56,916 nucleotides of DNA, from positions 1-56,916 of IMG/VR virus record IMGVR_UViG_3300037458_001688; one strand, given 5' to 3'. Below are positions 33,690-43,731 of this stretch, one piece after another; the first letter of the stretch is position 1; the number at the start of each line of letters is the position of its first letter. A program made the position numbers and the translations under genes. The stretch is from a virus (Duplodnaviria > Caudoviricetes). The notes below the pieces were generated by a model. It saw only the letters and a program-made list of their open reading frames with translations, did no database searches and was not told the DNA's origin.

Positions 33690-35438
33690 CTACTGCTCGA
33701 CCAGGTCCAGAGTCATGTCCACGTCGGAAAGCTGCCCGTCGGAGCCGCGACTGAGCGCGAGGCGGAAGCCGTCGAGGACCCAGGCGTCGGGGACGGTCTC
33801 GCTGCCGATCTGCAGGCTGTTGCCGGTGGTGAGCCACTCCACAGCGCCCACCACGATCTCCTGCCCGCGCTCGAGCACGAGCAGTGGAAAGCCGAGCTCG
33901 AGCCGCGCCTGGAGGCCCTCCTTGCGGTCCCTCGCCACCACCGCCTGCGCCAGCTCCTCCAGGGTGTCAACCAGGTCCTCGTAGTAGTCGCCGTCCGGGT
34001 CGGTAATGTCGACGAGGTCCACCAGGTCGACCGGCACCGGGTCGAAGACCAGCGTCTCGCCGTACTCCAGCGGCAGGAGGCCGGTGTCCTCGGGGGCGAG
34101 CACGTCCACCTCGACCGACCCGTCCTCGGCCCTCCGCACCCGCGAGGTGAAGCCAGCACCTGAGGTGGTGCCGTGGAAGTCGACGCGGGCGACCGGCCCC
34201 GGCGCGGAGCTGTCCTCACCGATCATGGCCACGGCGCGGTACTCGTAGGAGGTCCCGCTGATCACGTCGGTGTCAACCCACGTGGCGTAGCCCTCCTGCC
34301 ACCACTCACCGAGGTTGACCAGCTCGGCGACCTCGGCCCAGTCCTCCACCATCGGCTCCGGCTCGGTAACATCCCCCGGCTCGGTGTAGGCGGTCTGCGC
34401 CGGCAGGGGGTCGGTCGGGTTGCCGGAGATGTCCTCGACCGAGGTGTCCTGCCAGAGCCGCTCGCTCGTGTCCGGCCACCATCCGGCAGGGTCGGTGTCG
34501 TACATGCCGAAGGGGTCGTCGCTTGGGTCGCGGTCCGGGCCTGAGGTGGCCCGCCGTTGCACCCGGTACCGCTCCGGGGGGACGCGGACGTCGTCCCCAA
34601 TGGTCGAGGTGATGGTTGCGCCGCCGCCGCGGACCTCGACCCGGATGTCGGCGGTCTGGGCGGTCGCCTCCACCACCGGAGGGTCGATCGGCACCGGCAG
34701 GGTGTACTGCCAGGACTCCACGCGTTGGAACCGCGGGCCGTCGACGTCCGGCGGGCCCGGGCGGATGTGGGACTTGCGGATCGTGTAGGTGGTCCACTTG
34801 TCCGGCTCCGTGTAGACCAGGTCCACCTCGGTCTCGACCGGGCTCACCCACATCGCGAGCTGGGGGGTGGCGCTGTCGTCCACCACCTCCCCGCCGTCGA
34901 TGGCCTCGCTCCACATCCGCGCGGAGTCGATCACCCGGTGAAGCGGCATGCCGGCCACAGCCTCCGCTGAGTAGCCGCGCTCCTCGAGCCGTGAGATCGC
35001 CTCCGCCGTGAGAATCGCCGGCGCCGGTTTGAGGTCGTAGATCACGTAGCCCGAGAGCTCGCGCTTGCGCGAGAGGTTCGCGCCGCGCGCGAAACCGGTC
35101 CAGGGGTAGAAGCGTGTGGTCTCCTCCTCGAGCTTGAAGTAGGCCCGGCCCGGGTTGACGCGGGGCAGGTAGACGCAGCCCCAGGTCTCGCGGTGATGCT
35201 CGAGTGGGGGGCCTCCAGCAACCTCGTACACCCACCGCTCGATGTCCCGCCGCAGCACCCGGCCGGCGTGGCTGGTGACGGTGCGGGTCTGCTCGATGAG
35301 CCAGGACTCCCCAGTCGCCGGGTCGTCGTAGAACCCAGCCTCGATCGTGATGCTGCCGATGCCTTCGCACAGCACGTCCGGGCCGGACATGTCCTCGAGC
35401 ACGTGGGGCCCGGTCCAGCGGTTTGCGATCAGCGACAC
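33690..35438 (-). CDS. putative tail tip protein with an FN3-like segment
   Basis: DTDVISGTSYEYRAVA FN3-like motif. Confidence 0.6.
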   Translation of the reverse strand: MSLIANRWTGPHVLEDMSGPDVLCEGIGSITIEAGFYDDPATGESWLIEQTRTVTSHAGRVLRRDIERWVYEVAGGPPLEHHRETWGCVYLPRVNPGRAYFKLEEETTRFYPWTGFARGANLSRKRELSGYVIYDLKPAPAILTAEAISRLEERGYSAEAVAGMPLHRVIDSARMWSEAIDGGEVVDDSATPQLAMWVSPVETEVDLVYTEPDKWTTYTIRKSHIRPGPPDVDGPRFQRVESWQYTLPVPIDPPVVEATAQTADIRVEVRGGGATITSTIGDDVRVPPERYRVQRRATSGPDRDPSDDPFGMYDTDPAGWWPDTSERLWQDTSVEDISGNPTDPLPAQTAYTEPGDVTEPEPMVEDWAEVAELVNLGEWWQEGYATWVDTDVISGTSYEYRAVAMIGEDSSAPGPVARVDFHGTTSGAGFTSRVRRAEDGSVEVDVLAPEDTGLLPLEYGETLVFDPVPVDLVDLVDITDPDGDYYEDLVDTLEELAQAVVARDRKEGLQARLELGFPLLVLERGQEIVVGAVEWLTTGNSLQIGSETVPDAWVLDGFRLALSRGSDGQLSDVDMTLDLVEQ

Positions 35439-36193
35439 GGCGGCACCCGGTAGATGACCCGACGCACGCGGCGCCGGCGAATCGGCCAGGCCGAGGCGGA
35501 CTTGACGATGCCTGCCGGGACCTCCAGGCGGCGGCCGAGGCCGTATCGCGGCGCGAGGGGGTCGACGCAGACGAGGGTACGATCGGATCGGCGGTACCAG
35601 ACCTCGGCCGCGGTCGGCTCGAGCAGCTGGTACATGGCGGCCCAGTAGCTCATGGCCGGGTCGACCACCAGCGCGGAGAAGGGGTAGTTGGGGATGCGAC
35701 AGAGGACGTTGACCCCCGCCGCCGTCCCCAGCGCCTCCAGGGCGTGGTGGAGGGTGGCAATGCCGGACCAGACGCGGTACCGGCCCACGGGCTGCCCGTA
35801 CTCCTCGATGGCGGCCGCGGCGGTCTTGCCCTCCGACAGCATCACCACGGTGTCCCGCGGGGCGCGGCGCTGGATCATCCACACGTGGTCGACACCCTGC
35901 ACGGTGAGCTCGGGCACGATGCCGGCGCCGAGCTGCAGGTTGCGCATGCGGTCGGGCGGGATCACGCCGGCGCGGATCAGGCACTCCGCCCGCGGGTCCG
36001 CCGGGTCGTAGGTGCCGAAGATGTCCCAGAGGACGTCATCCTCGATGGATGACCAGCCGGCAAAGGTCACGCTCCACTCGCGGTGAATGCAACGCGGAGG
36101 TTGGGTCACCTCGATGGAGGTAGCCCACTGGGTGACGTCGCGCTGGTTCATGTAGACCGTCAGCAGGAGCTGGGTGTGCGCGGTGACGGTCAC
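35429..36193 (-). CDS. putative tail hub protein
   Basis: NQRDVTQWATSIEV; position in the tail module. Confidence 0.55.
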   Translation of the reverse strand: MTVTAHTQLLLTVYMNQRDVTQWATSIEVTQPPRCIHREWSVTFAGWSSIEDDVLWDIFGTYDPADPRAECLIRAGVIPPDRMRNLQLGAGIVPELTVQGVDHVWMIQRRAPRDTVVMLSEGKTAAAAIEEYGQPVGRYRVWSGIATLHHALEALGTAAGVNVLCRIPNYPFSALVVDPAMSYWAAMYQLLEPTAAEVWYRRSDRTLVCVDPLAPRYGLGRRLEVPAGIVKSASAWPIRRRRVRRVIYRVPPCR

Positions 36194-37134
36194 GACCACA
36201 CCACCCCGGCCGCAGTCAGCGCGGTGTAGCTCGACTCGCTCAGCACGTGGACCTCGAGCACGTTGTCGCGGACGACACCGTAGACCACGCCGGAGGCCGC
36301 GATGCGCCTGAGAGTCTCGACGCCCACGAGCCCGGACGCTCGGTGGCGGTATACGAACCGGATGCCCACGACCCCGGACGCCTGCGCCCGCAGGAGCTTC
36401 CAGCCTTGGACGACGCCGGATGCACGGTAGCGGTCGAGCCTCCACCCCTCGACAAGCCCTGACGCGGACCAGCGGATGACCTCGAGGCCCCCGACGATAC
36501 CGGACGCGAGCATGCGCTCCACGTACCGTTCGCCGATGATGAACTGCACGTCGGCGGCGACGTAGCGGGACAGCTCCGACACGACGCACTCAACGGTCCG
36601 CTCCTCGCCGTGCCAGATCTCAATGATCGCGACCTCGGCGTTGGCGCCGGCACTCGTCACACCTGGCTCGGTGGCCCACAGCTCGAACCAGGCGTCCGCC
36701 GAGCTCCACCAGTCCTCCGGAGGCACGGGGGTGAACGTCACCGACCCCGGCAGCGCCCAGCCGTGGTACGACACCTCCACGGTGACCGGTAGTGCCTCCC
36801 CCTCGTACCAGCGGCAGAGCACTCCGTAGTCGACGGCTCGACGGTCGACTCGCACGGATCCGCTGCGGATCATCCCAGCCGGGTCAGCTGCCAGCGTGTT
36901 GGCCGTCGTGGTGGCGGTGGCGCCACCCACCTCCACGGACACCAGCTCGTCCTGGAGCTGGGCCAGACACCGCAGCTCAACCGTTACGCCGGCGTCGGCC
37001 TGGACGCCGTCCTCGCCGTTGCCGGGGGTGATGGACTCGACCCAGACCACTCCGGCGTGCGGCAGCTCAGGCTCCCACACCGGCAGCGGGCGGGGGATCC
37101 TCCGCGTGAGCAGCTCCGGGGCCGGGTCCATCAT
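36190..37134 (-). CDS. putative tail protein with ASG repeats
   Basis: Six xASG(V/L/I)V repeats. Confidence 0.55.
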   Translation of the reverse strand: MMDPAPELLTRRIPRPLPVWEPELPHAGVVWVESITPGNGEDGVQADAGVTVELRCLAQLQDELVSVEVGGATATTTANTLAADPAGMIRSGSVRVDRRAVDYGVLCRWYEGEALPVTVEVSYHGWALPGSVTFTPVPPEDWWSSADAWFELWATEPGVTSAGANAEVAIIEIWHGEERTVECVVSELSRYVAADVQFIIGERYVERMLASGIVGGLEVIRWSASGLVEGWRLDRYRASGVVQGWKLLRAQASGVVGIRFVYRHRASGLVGVETLRRIAASGVVYGVVRDNVLEVHVLSESSYTALTAAGVVWS

Positions 37135-37137
37135 GCC

Positions 37138-37602
37138 TCACCCAAGCTCCTCGAAGGTGACCTCGACGGAGGGGGTGAAGGTCGTCAGGCCGCCGGCGGA
37201 AACGACGTAGAAGCCGATGATCCCGGACGGGGCTACGACGATCTCGTCGCCGTCCGGCAGGAACAGATCCCGACCCGTGAGGCTGTTCCACCCCACGAGG
37301 ATGAGCTCGGAACCCGTGTAGGTGGGCTCGCTCGTCGGCCCAGACTCGGCGGTGCTGCCCGCTGCGCCCTGTTGGGGCTGGAGTGGGACCGGCGTTCGAG
37401 CGGCCCCACCCGACCCCGCCGCGCTCGCCAGCTTGGCCGCCAGGGTGTACTGCTCACTGGTCCCGTGGGTGACCTGCGACACCCGCACCCGACGGATTCG
37501 GACTATACGGTTCGCCGGCGCCGTGATCCTGACGGCCGTTTCCGTCGCCGATGCGGCGGTGCTCTGCCCGCCCGCCACCACGTACACCCGTCCCTGAGCC
37601 AT
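37138..37602 (-). CDS. virion protein
   Basis: Beta-rich; ends VEVTFEE. Confidence 0.55.
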   Translation of the reverse strand: MAQGRVYVVAGGQSTAASATETAVRITAPANRIVRIRRVRVSQVTHGTSEQYTLAAKLASAAGSGGAARTPVPLQPQQGAAGSTAESGPTSEPTYTGSELILVGWNSLTGRDLFLPDGDEIVVAPSGIIGFYVVSAGGLTTFTPSVEVTFEELG

Positions 37603-37611
37603 GGTGTCCCC

Positions 37612-39726
37612 CTAAACCCGCGCGTTGATGCGGGCGCGCTTCAGCTCCTCGGTGGTCCCACTGCCAGCCACGGCCCGCAGCCAGAACGGCGCCTCCCCAG
37701 ACCCCTTCACCACCACGATCGAACCCGCGACGTAGTCGTTTGCCAGGTTGGCGGTCAGGTCCACGTAGGTGGCGGCAACGGTGAGGATCTCGCCCTCCTC
37801 GTGCGTCGCGCCCTCAACGTCGGTGATGTAGATCGTCTGACCCATCACGAAGCCGGCGGCCGCGGGGGCAAGGTCGTCCGGAGGTGAGCCCTGCAGGTAG
37901 ACCCGGTTGTCGACCGCCTCCGAAGGCCCCGCACCAGCGGTCGTCACACCCCAGACCGCAGCGGCCATCCCGTCCACCGGCAGACCGGTACCGATGCGAG
38001 CCCCGGCAGCGTAGACGGTCGAATCCACCGACAGGCCGGTAAGCTCCACTCCGAAGCTCTGTACCGGTGCCGTCCAGTAGTCGGTGGCGGTGTGGCCCGT
38101 GATGGCGCCGAAGGTGACGATGATGCCGTAGTCGTGCAGGGTGCCGGTAGTGGTGCAGTTTTCGCCGGTGACCGCCCAGCTGCTGCCACCGTCGTAGGAG
38201 AGCTTGTACGTGTCCTGCGCGCCGGTGGCGTCGATCTCCACCACAACGTCGTCGTCGAAGGTGCCGTTGTAGTTGCCGCTGATGGCGCAGTCGTCCAGGC
38301 CGACGCCGGTGAACACCGTCGCGCCGACCTCTGCCTCCTGGGCGCTGTTCACGGTGCCCTCGTGCAGGTTGGTGCCGTCACCGACGAACGCCCGGGTTCC
38401 CACGGGCCACTGCGCGGAGTCGATCGCGCGCGTCGGGAACAGCTTCGTGGCGCCGTCGACCGTGACGGCCGCGGTCGAGCGGGTGCGCCGGCCGTTGATG
38501 GGCCGCCACCCGGCGGCGTCCGGGCTGCCCGCCGAATCGTGGGTGATCTGCATCTGCGACGCCGAGTCCGCGGGCCACGTGAGGTCCGAGCTGTTGCCAC
38601 GGACGTAGACGCGGAACTCGTCGTTCACCTGGGTCCCGGGCTGCCAGGCGGCAGCAGGGATCGTGAGCCCACCCTCGGGGGCGGTGAAGTCCGTCGAGGT
38701 GTCACCCTGCCACGTCGGGTCCGCGTCGTAGGCGGGGTGGTAGCTCTCGATGTTGTCGCGGTACGCCTCGGCGAGCACCTCGTAAGCGCTCGCCGAGCTG
38801 AACTTCACCGTGTACTTCTGGGAGCCCGCCGCGTCGCTCGGCGCCACGTAGTCGAGCTGGCCCGTGCCGGCCCCGGCGATCTGCGACGGCTCGGACCACT
38901 CCGGATGGTCGTCGAGTATCTCGACCAGTGCCGCCGCCCGACCGGAGAAGTTCTTAAGGACACCCTTCACGGCCGTCCCGGTCTCACCGCGCTCGATAGC
39001 ACCCAGGTTGTACGGGTTCTCGTCCGCCAGCGTGTCGACCATGGACGCCATGTCGATGTCCCCGAACGTGTCGCAGAGGAAAAACTCGTACGGGAACAAG
39101 TAGTGAACCTTCAGGTAGGGCCGCCGCGACGACCCGCCAATGTTCCAACCGATCGAGAAGGACGCGACCGTCTGCGACCACAGCAGCAGCTCGAGGTTCT
39201 TGCTCGAGCGCAGCGCCTCCGTCACCGGGCTCGTTACGTTGAACGCACCGTTCCAAGTCGTAGGAATACCGCTGACGGCGAACACTTGGGTGTCGAATGG
39301 CGTGTACGCAATATCCTGGCCGGGGACTGGGGAGTAAGCGTTCATGTACCAGGTGATGGGCCCGGTGGAGTCGCGGTAGCGGTATGTGGCGTCCGTGAAG
39401 TCCGGTGAGACGCGGAACGTGTAGGCCCGCACCGTGTAGGATCCGGCCCCGCCGGCGCTTTCCAGCGCCGCCACTCTGAGATCAGCTCTGAGAATCGTCG
39501 GGGTGTGGCCGAGCTGCGCCCGCGGCACGTCCAGTGTCACCTTGACGAGCATTTTCTGGAAACTGCCGGAGGCACCGTTCGTGAGCCTGACGTCGTCGCC
39601 CGGGACAACGCTGGCGTAGCTGTTGTTCGACGAGTACCCGTCGACAACGATTGAGGTCCCGTTGATCTGAATTGCTTGCACGCTTGCATACTGCGGCGAA
39701 TACCGCCCGAACTCGTAAACCCGCAT
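37612..39726 (-). CDS. large tail-associated protein
   Basis: 704 aa, beta-rich; shares a domain with the long tail tube paralog. Confidence 0.65.
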   Translation of the reverse strand: MRVYEFGRYSPQYASVQAIQINGTSIVVDGYSSNNSYASVVPGDDVRLTNGASGSFQKMLVKVTLDVPRAQLGHTPTILRADLRVAALESAGGAGSYTVRAYTFRVSPDFTDATYRYRDSTGPITWYMNAYSPVPGQDIAYTPFDTQVFAVSGIPTTWNGAFNVTSPVTEALRSSKNLELLLWSQTVASFSIGWNIGGSSRRPYLKVHYLFPYEFFLCDTFGDIDMASMVDTLADENPYNLGAIERGETGTAVKGVLKNFSGRAAALVEILDDHPEWSEPSQIAGAGTGQLDYVAPSDAAGSQKYTVKFSSASAYEVLAEAYRDNIESYHPAYDADPTWQGDTSTDFTAPEGGLTIPAAAWQPGTQVNDEFRVYVRGNSSDLTWPADSASQMQITHDSAGSPDAAGWRPINGRRTRSTAAVTVDGATKLFPTRAIDSAQWPVGTRAFVGDGTNLHEGTVNSAQEAEVGATVFTGVGLDDCAISGNYNGTFDDDVVVEIDATGAQDTYKLSYDGGSSWAVTGENCTTTGTLHDYGIIVTFGAITGHTATDYWTAPVQSFGVELTGLSVDSTVYAAGARIGTGLPVDGMAAAVWGVTTAGAGPSEAVDNRVYLQGSPPDDLAPAAAGFVMGQTIYITDVEGATHEEGEILTVAATYVDLTANLANDYVAGSIVVVKGSGEAPFWLRAVAGSGTTEELKRARINARV

Positions 39727-39735
39727 CGTCCGCTC

Positions 39736-40773
39736 CTACACCGTGAGCCCGCGCACCGACAGCCGGAAAAGCCTGATGGCGTCGGGTGTGGCGTCGTCTG
39801 GCAGGACCCAGCGGAACCAGAAGAAAGCGGCGCTGGACGCCGTGACGGTGCCGGCCGTCTCGCCCGACTCGGTGAGCGTCAGGGGGGTGGTCTGGTAGGC
39901 GCCGGGGCTGCCCGCGATGTCCTCGGCGAGCTCGACGTAGTCGTCCCCGTCGCCCACGACCAGCGTCACGGTCACGCCGGTGGGGTCGTCGGTGCTGTTC
40001 GCGTGCACGATCGACAGCCCGGTGAGCCGGTCGTTGCCGTCGTCGTAGGCCGCGTGGCCGTACTGAATCCGCGACGTCCCGTCGAACGGCACCGTCGTGG
40101 CGGCGAGGTTGCCGTCGACGTAGAGGTCCGCCGTCTTGTACCCGACGTAGTCCCCGACCCCGTCCTGCCAGTTGGCCCAGGTGAGGGCGTAGGTCCCCTT
40201 GACGCCGAGGTGCTCGCGGGTGTCGTCCGAGTGGTTGGTGATCTCCGCCACCACGTCGCCGGCGCCCGCCTGCGACCAGTACATGCCGGGGACGGCGTCG
40301 ACGGTCGTCTGGACGCTGTCGTCGGCGCCCACGTTCACCGCCGCGATTCGCTGCGGGGTGTTGGTCGAGCCAGCCTCCACCACGCCGACGTTGAGGATGT
40401 CGGTGGTGGCCCCCGCTGAGGTCATGCGGGCCCCGACGCTCACCTTTCCTGCCCACCCAGTGACGATCGAGGCCGACAGGACGATGGAGACGCCCGGGAC
40501 GATGTTGAGGTTCTCGGTGGCACCGTCCGCTGTCACCGTGACCCCGATCGCACCGTAGGTGTTCTTCGACCCCTCCGCCGGCGTGACGTCGACCGTGACA
40601 GTCACACCGCTTTTGGTGAAAGCGAGGGTGTAGATGTCCGCCACCGCCTGACCGTTCTCAAGGTCGGTGGCGCTGACGATTGGGGTGTTGGTGGTGTTCT
40701 CCCAACGGAGGCCCAGGTTCCCGTCAGGGTCCCCCACATCCGCGGGGTAGCGCAGCTGAATCTGTGCGGGCAT
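39736..40773 (-). CDS. tail-associated protein
   Basis: 345 aa, Thr/Gly/Val-rich. Confidence 0.6.
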   Translation of the reverse strand: MPAQIQLRYPADVGDPDGNLGLRWENTTNTPIVSATDLENGQAVADIYTLAFTKSGVTVTVDVTPAEGSKNTYGAIGVTVTADGATENLNIVPGVSIVLSASIVTGWAGKVSVGARMTSAGATTDILNVGVVEAGSTNTPQRIAAVNVGADDSVQTTVDAVPGMYWSQAGAGDVVAEITNHSDDTREHLGVKGTYALTWANWQDGVGDYVGYKTADLYVDGNLAATTVPFDGTSRIQYGHAAYDDGNDRLTGLSIVHANSTDDPTGVTVTLVVGDGDDYVELAEDIAGSPGAYQTTPLTLTESGETAGTVTASSAAFFWFRWVLPDDATPDAIRLFRLSVRGLTV

Positions 40774-40785
40774 GGAGTCTCCTCG

Positions 40786-41196
40786 TCACATCCTGTACAG
40801 GACCAATTCGCAGCGCCAGACCGTGAGCGCGGAGGGGGCGTTCTCCGGGTAGTGGCCCCAGATCGGCTCGAGGTCTCCGGGACGCCGGGGACCGAACACG
40901 CAGGTAATCGTCGTGGCGCTGGACGGATCGAGCTTGACCTCGACGGTCCCCGCTGTTCGGAGCAGGGTCTCGAGCGTGGCGGCCTGAACCGCGGTGAGCA
41001 GCTCGGACCGGATGACCAGGGCGGTGTCATCCTCGGCCGCCGCATACTCGACGACGATCGGGTTGCGCGGGATGCTGACCTTGACCACGCGGTCTGGTCC
41101 GCCTTCGCCGTGGCGGTTGACCACCTTCGGCGCGTGGTCGAAGAGGAGCTGGGTGGCGCCCCGCTCGATGCCGGTGGTGCCGGCGGCGAACGCCAT
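40786..41196 (-). CDS. distal tail-like protein
   Basis: Directly follows the tape measure gene. Confidence 0.45.
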   Translation of the reverse strand: MAFAAGTTGIERGATQLLFDHAPKVVNRHGEGGPDRVVKVSIPRNPIVVEYAAAEDDTALVIRSELLTAVQAATLETLLRTAGTVEVKLDPSSATTITCVFGPRRPGDLEPIWGHYPENAPSALTVWRCELVLYRM

Positions 41197-42584
41197 CAGG
41201 GCACCTGTCCGCCGGTGGCCGGTTCGCCCGAGCTGCCACCGTTGCGCCGTCGCCACTCCTGCAGGTCGCGGTCGTCGACCTTGATCTTGATGACGACCTC
41301 CTTGGACAGGTCCTCCAGGTCCTGGCCGAGTCGGGTGAGATCCCCTCGGGCGTCCCGGATCACGTCGCGGATGTCGCCGAACCCACTCTTGAGAGCGGTC
41401 GTGGCGATCGCGGCGGCGTCCGGGATCTCCTTGCGGATCCGCTCGGCGAACTGCTCCGCAACGTGGATCGCCCCCCCGGGGCCCGCTGACCTGGTCAGGA
41501 CGTCGTCGAACTCCCTCAGCGGGATCGGCAGGCTGATGCCGAGCCTGGACGCCTCGTCCATCAGATCCTTCACCCGGGGCGCGAAGGACTCCACCAGAGC
41601 CCGGGCGGAGTACTCCCCGCTCGCGGCGAGCAGCTTGAACTGCTCCATCAGGGACCCGAGCGCTGTCACCGGGTCCTTGTCCTCCACCACCTCGTTCATC
41701 TCGGCCAGCCGGTCGATGAACTCGCCGACGGACTTTCCGCCCTCCCGCAGCCGCTCCTGCTGCGCACGGATGGCGTAGCCGGCCTTCAACATGTTCTGGG
41801 TGAACTCGTCGACTGGTTTCTTCGCTGACCTCATCTCCTTAGCAAATTCAATGGCCTGGCGCGTCGCGCTCAACAGCACGCGAGCGTTTGCTTCTGTCGC
41901 TTCGGTCGACACCGCGAACGCATCGTCCAGTTGCGGCAACTGCTCCAGCAGCTTGAAATACGCTTTGTACTGCTGATCGTAGGCTGCCTGGTTCTCACCG
42001 AGATACCTGGCTTCGTCCGCGCGCGCAGCGTTGAGGTTCAGCGTCTCGACCGCCAACTCCTTGAGCATCTTCGACCATTGCTCGATGACGATCGGGGCGG
42101 CGATGGTGGCAGCTGCGGCGGCGACTGAGCTCAGCGCGGCGGATGCTTCGGCACCCCTTTGTGCGACCGAGCCAAGGCCAGTCGCCGTGTTGGCGGACGT
42201 AACTCGGAAGCCTTCGTAGGCGGCACGAGCCTGCGCCGCGGCAGCGGCGGAACGGAAGCCTGAGGACCCCGACGCTTCCCATGCCCTGGCGAGCGCCACC
42301 TGTTGGCGGTGCGTCTGTCTCACCTCCGAGTGGTACGCCCGCAGCTCTGCCTGAGACCGTTGGAGAACCCCGGCCAACATCCCCAGCGCCGGGGCCACCG
42401 AGCCGACGAGTCGCTGATTGAAGAGCTGCAGCTCGGGGTTCGCGGTCTCGATGATCCGCATGAACTTGGCCATGTCCGTCCCGGTCGTTCTGAGGCTGGA
42501 CGAGGCTCCAGCCATCCCCCCAACAAACCCGGACGCGTCGGCCCCGATCCGGACCAGCATCGAGGCGAGGGTGACGTCACCCAC
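41196..42584 (-). CDS. tape measure protein (short)
   Basis: LASMLVRIGADASGF N-terminus; helical and Ala-rich; follows the chaperone gene. Confidence 0.75.
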   Translation of the reverse strand: MGDVTLASMLVRIGADASGFVGGMAGASSSLRTTGTDMAKFMRIIETANPELQLFNQRLVGSVAPALGMLAGVLQRSQAELRAYHSEVRQTHRQQVALARAWEASGSSGFRSAAAAAQARAAYEGFRVTSANTATGLGSVAQRGAEASAALSSVAAAAATIAAPIVIEQWSKMLKELAVETLNLNAARADEARYLGENQAAYDQQYKAYFKLLEQLPQLDDAFAVSTEATEANARVLLSATRQAIEFAKEMRSAKKPVDEFTQNMLKAGYAIRAQQERLREGGKSVGEFIDRLAEMNEVVEDKDPVTALGSLMEQFKLLAASGEYSARALVESFAPRVKDLMDEASRLGISLPIPLREFDDVLTRSAGPGGAIHVAEQFAERIRKEIPDAAAIATTALKSGFGDIRDVIRDARGDLTRLGQDLEDLSKEVVIKIKVDDRDLQEWRRRNGGSSGEPATGGQVP

Positions 42585-42993
42585 GAGGCTTTGCCCTCAT
42601 GGCCGCAAGCATCCGGATCGTCTCCGGATCTTGGCCCGTCTCGGCCGCCGCGGCGGCAGCCTCAGCTCGCGCCTCCGAATCGGCGACTACTGGTTCACTC
42701 TCTGTCTGGGTCGGCTCCGATGACTTGCCGCATCCCCATCTTTCGAGGAGCACGAGGACGTCAGGCATCACTTCCTCGGTGATCTCGGAGCCGATCGTAC
42801 GGATGCTGACGTCAGGGTCTGCCTGGACGGCGCAGCACCAGAGGAGCGTGAGGACGTCGAGGATGGACATGTCCTTCCAGGTGCTCGCGAGCCTCACGCT
42901 GCGGCCAGACATGGCCTCCCACAGCGCCAGCGAGTTGAGGTCCATCCGGAGCACCCGCTGGCGCCCGCCGATGTCGAGGACGACGTCGGACAT
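42577..42993 (-). CDS. tail assembly chaperone
   Basis: IGGRQRVLRMDLNSLALWE; lies between tube and tape measure genes. Confidence 0.65.
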   Translation of the reverse strand: MSDVVLDIGGRQRVLRMDLNSLALWEAMSGRSVRLASTWKDMSILDVLTLLWCCAVQADPDVSIRTIGSEITEEVMPDVLVLLERWGCGKSSEPTQTESEPVVADSEARAEAAAAAAETGQDPETIRMLAAMRAKPRG

Positions 42994-42995
42994 GA

Positions 42996-43697
42996 TCAGG
43001 CCGGGTCGGTGTAGACCGGGGTGCCGGTGATCTCGAGCTTGACCGAGCACGTCTGCGGCTTGTTGGCCACGCCGAGGTCCCAGCCCTCGATCAGGACGAA
43101 GGCGTCGAAGTCGACGATGGTGCCGTCCTTGAAGATGAGCTGACAGTCGATGGCGGTAGTGCCGTCGTGCGCGTCCTTGAGGGCGACGTGGGTGGCGTTG
43201 TCTGGGTGGTAGAAGATGGAGAACGTCACCTCGCCGCCGTCACCGAAGCCCTTGATGTACTGGCGGTCGGTGGAGTCGTGGTGGGTGACGTCCACCTTCT
43301 CCTTCGCCGGTGGCTTGTACGTGATGTCCGTACGGTTCGCCACCGTGGCGAACTGGGTTACCGGGGTGGTCCAGTCATCCGCCAGGACGTGCCCGGTCAC
43401 CGCGCCGAAGACCGCCTTGAGGCCGTCCTGGAGGGTGGTGCCTGGGGTCGTCGCGCAGTTGACGCCGGTGGCCTCGAAGGTCGACCCGCCGTCGACCGAC
43501 CACTTGAACTTATTCGGGTTGCTGACGGCGTCGTCGATCTCGATGTAGAGGTCGTCCGCCCAGAGCCCGGTGAAAGGACCGGTGACGGTCAGGTCGTCGT
43601 TGCCGGTGCCGGCGAACACCGGCGTGCCGATGCTGCCGAGGGTGCCGCCGCCGATCTTGAGGATCGCCCCATGCGCGAGGATCGGTTCTCCTGCCAT
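42996..43697 (-). CDS. major tail tube protein paralog with an inserted domain
   Basis: Termini near-identical to 43732-44160, plus an insert of about 90 aa. Confidence 0.8.
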   Translation of the reverse strand: MAGEPILAHGAILKIGGGTLGSIGTPVFAGTGNDDLTVTGPFTGLWADDLYIEIDDAVSNPNKFKWSVDGGSTFEATGVNCATTPGTTLQDGLKAVFGAVTGHVLADDWTTPVTQFATVANRTDITYKPPAKEKVDVTHHDSTDRQYIKGFGDGGEVTFSIFYHPDNATHVALKDAHDGTTAIDCQLIFKDGTIVDFDAFVLIEGWDLGVANKPQTCSVKLEITGTPVYTDPA

Positions 43698-43731
43698 CGT
43701 CCTGCCCTTTCGTCGTCAGTGCCGGCCAGGA

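Noticed and set aside
29698-39726. Diversity-generating retroelement or invertible tail cassette
   Set aside because: No reverse transcriptase, invertase or TR/VR repeat pair was seen
41489-41500. Self-target of unit 5 (ACCTGGTCA)
   Set aside because: Only one 9-nt half matches, as expected by chance; the adjacent half does not match
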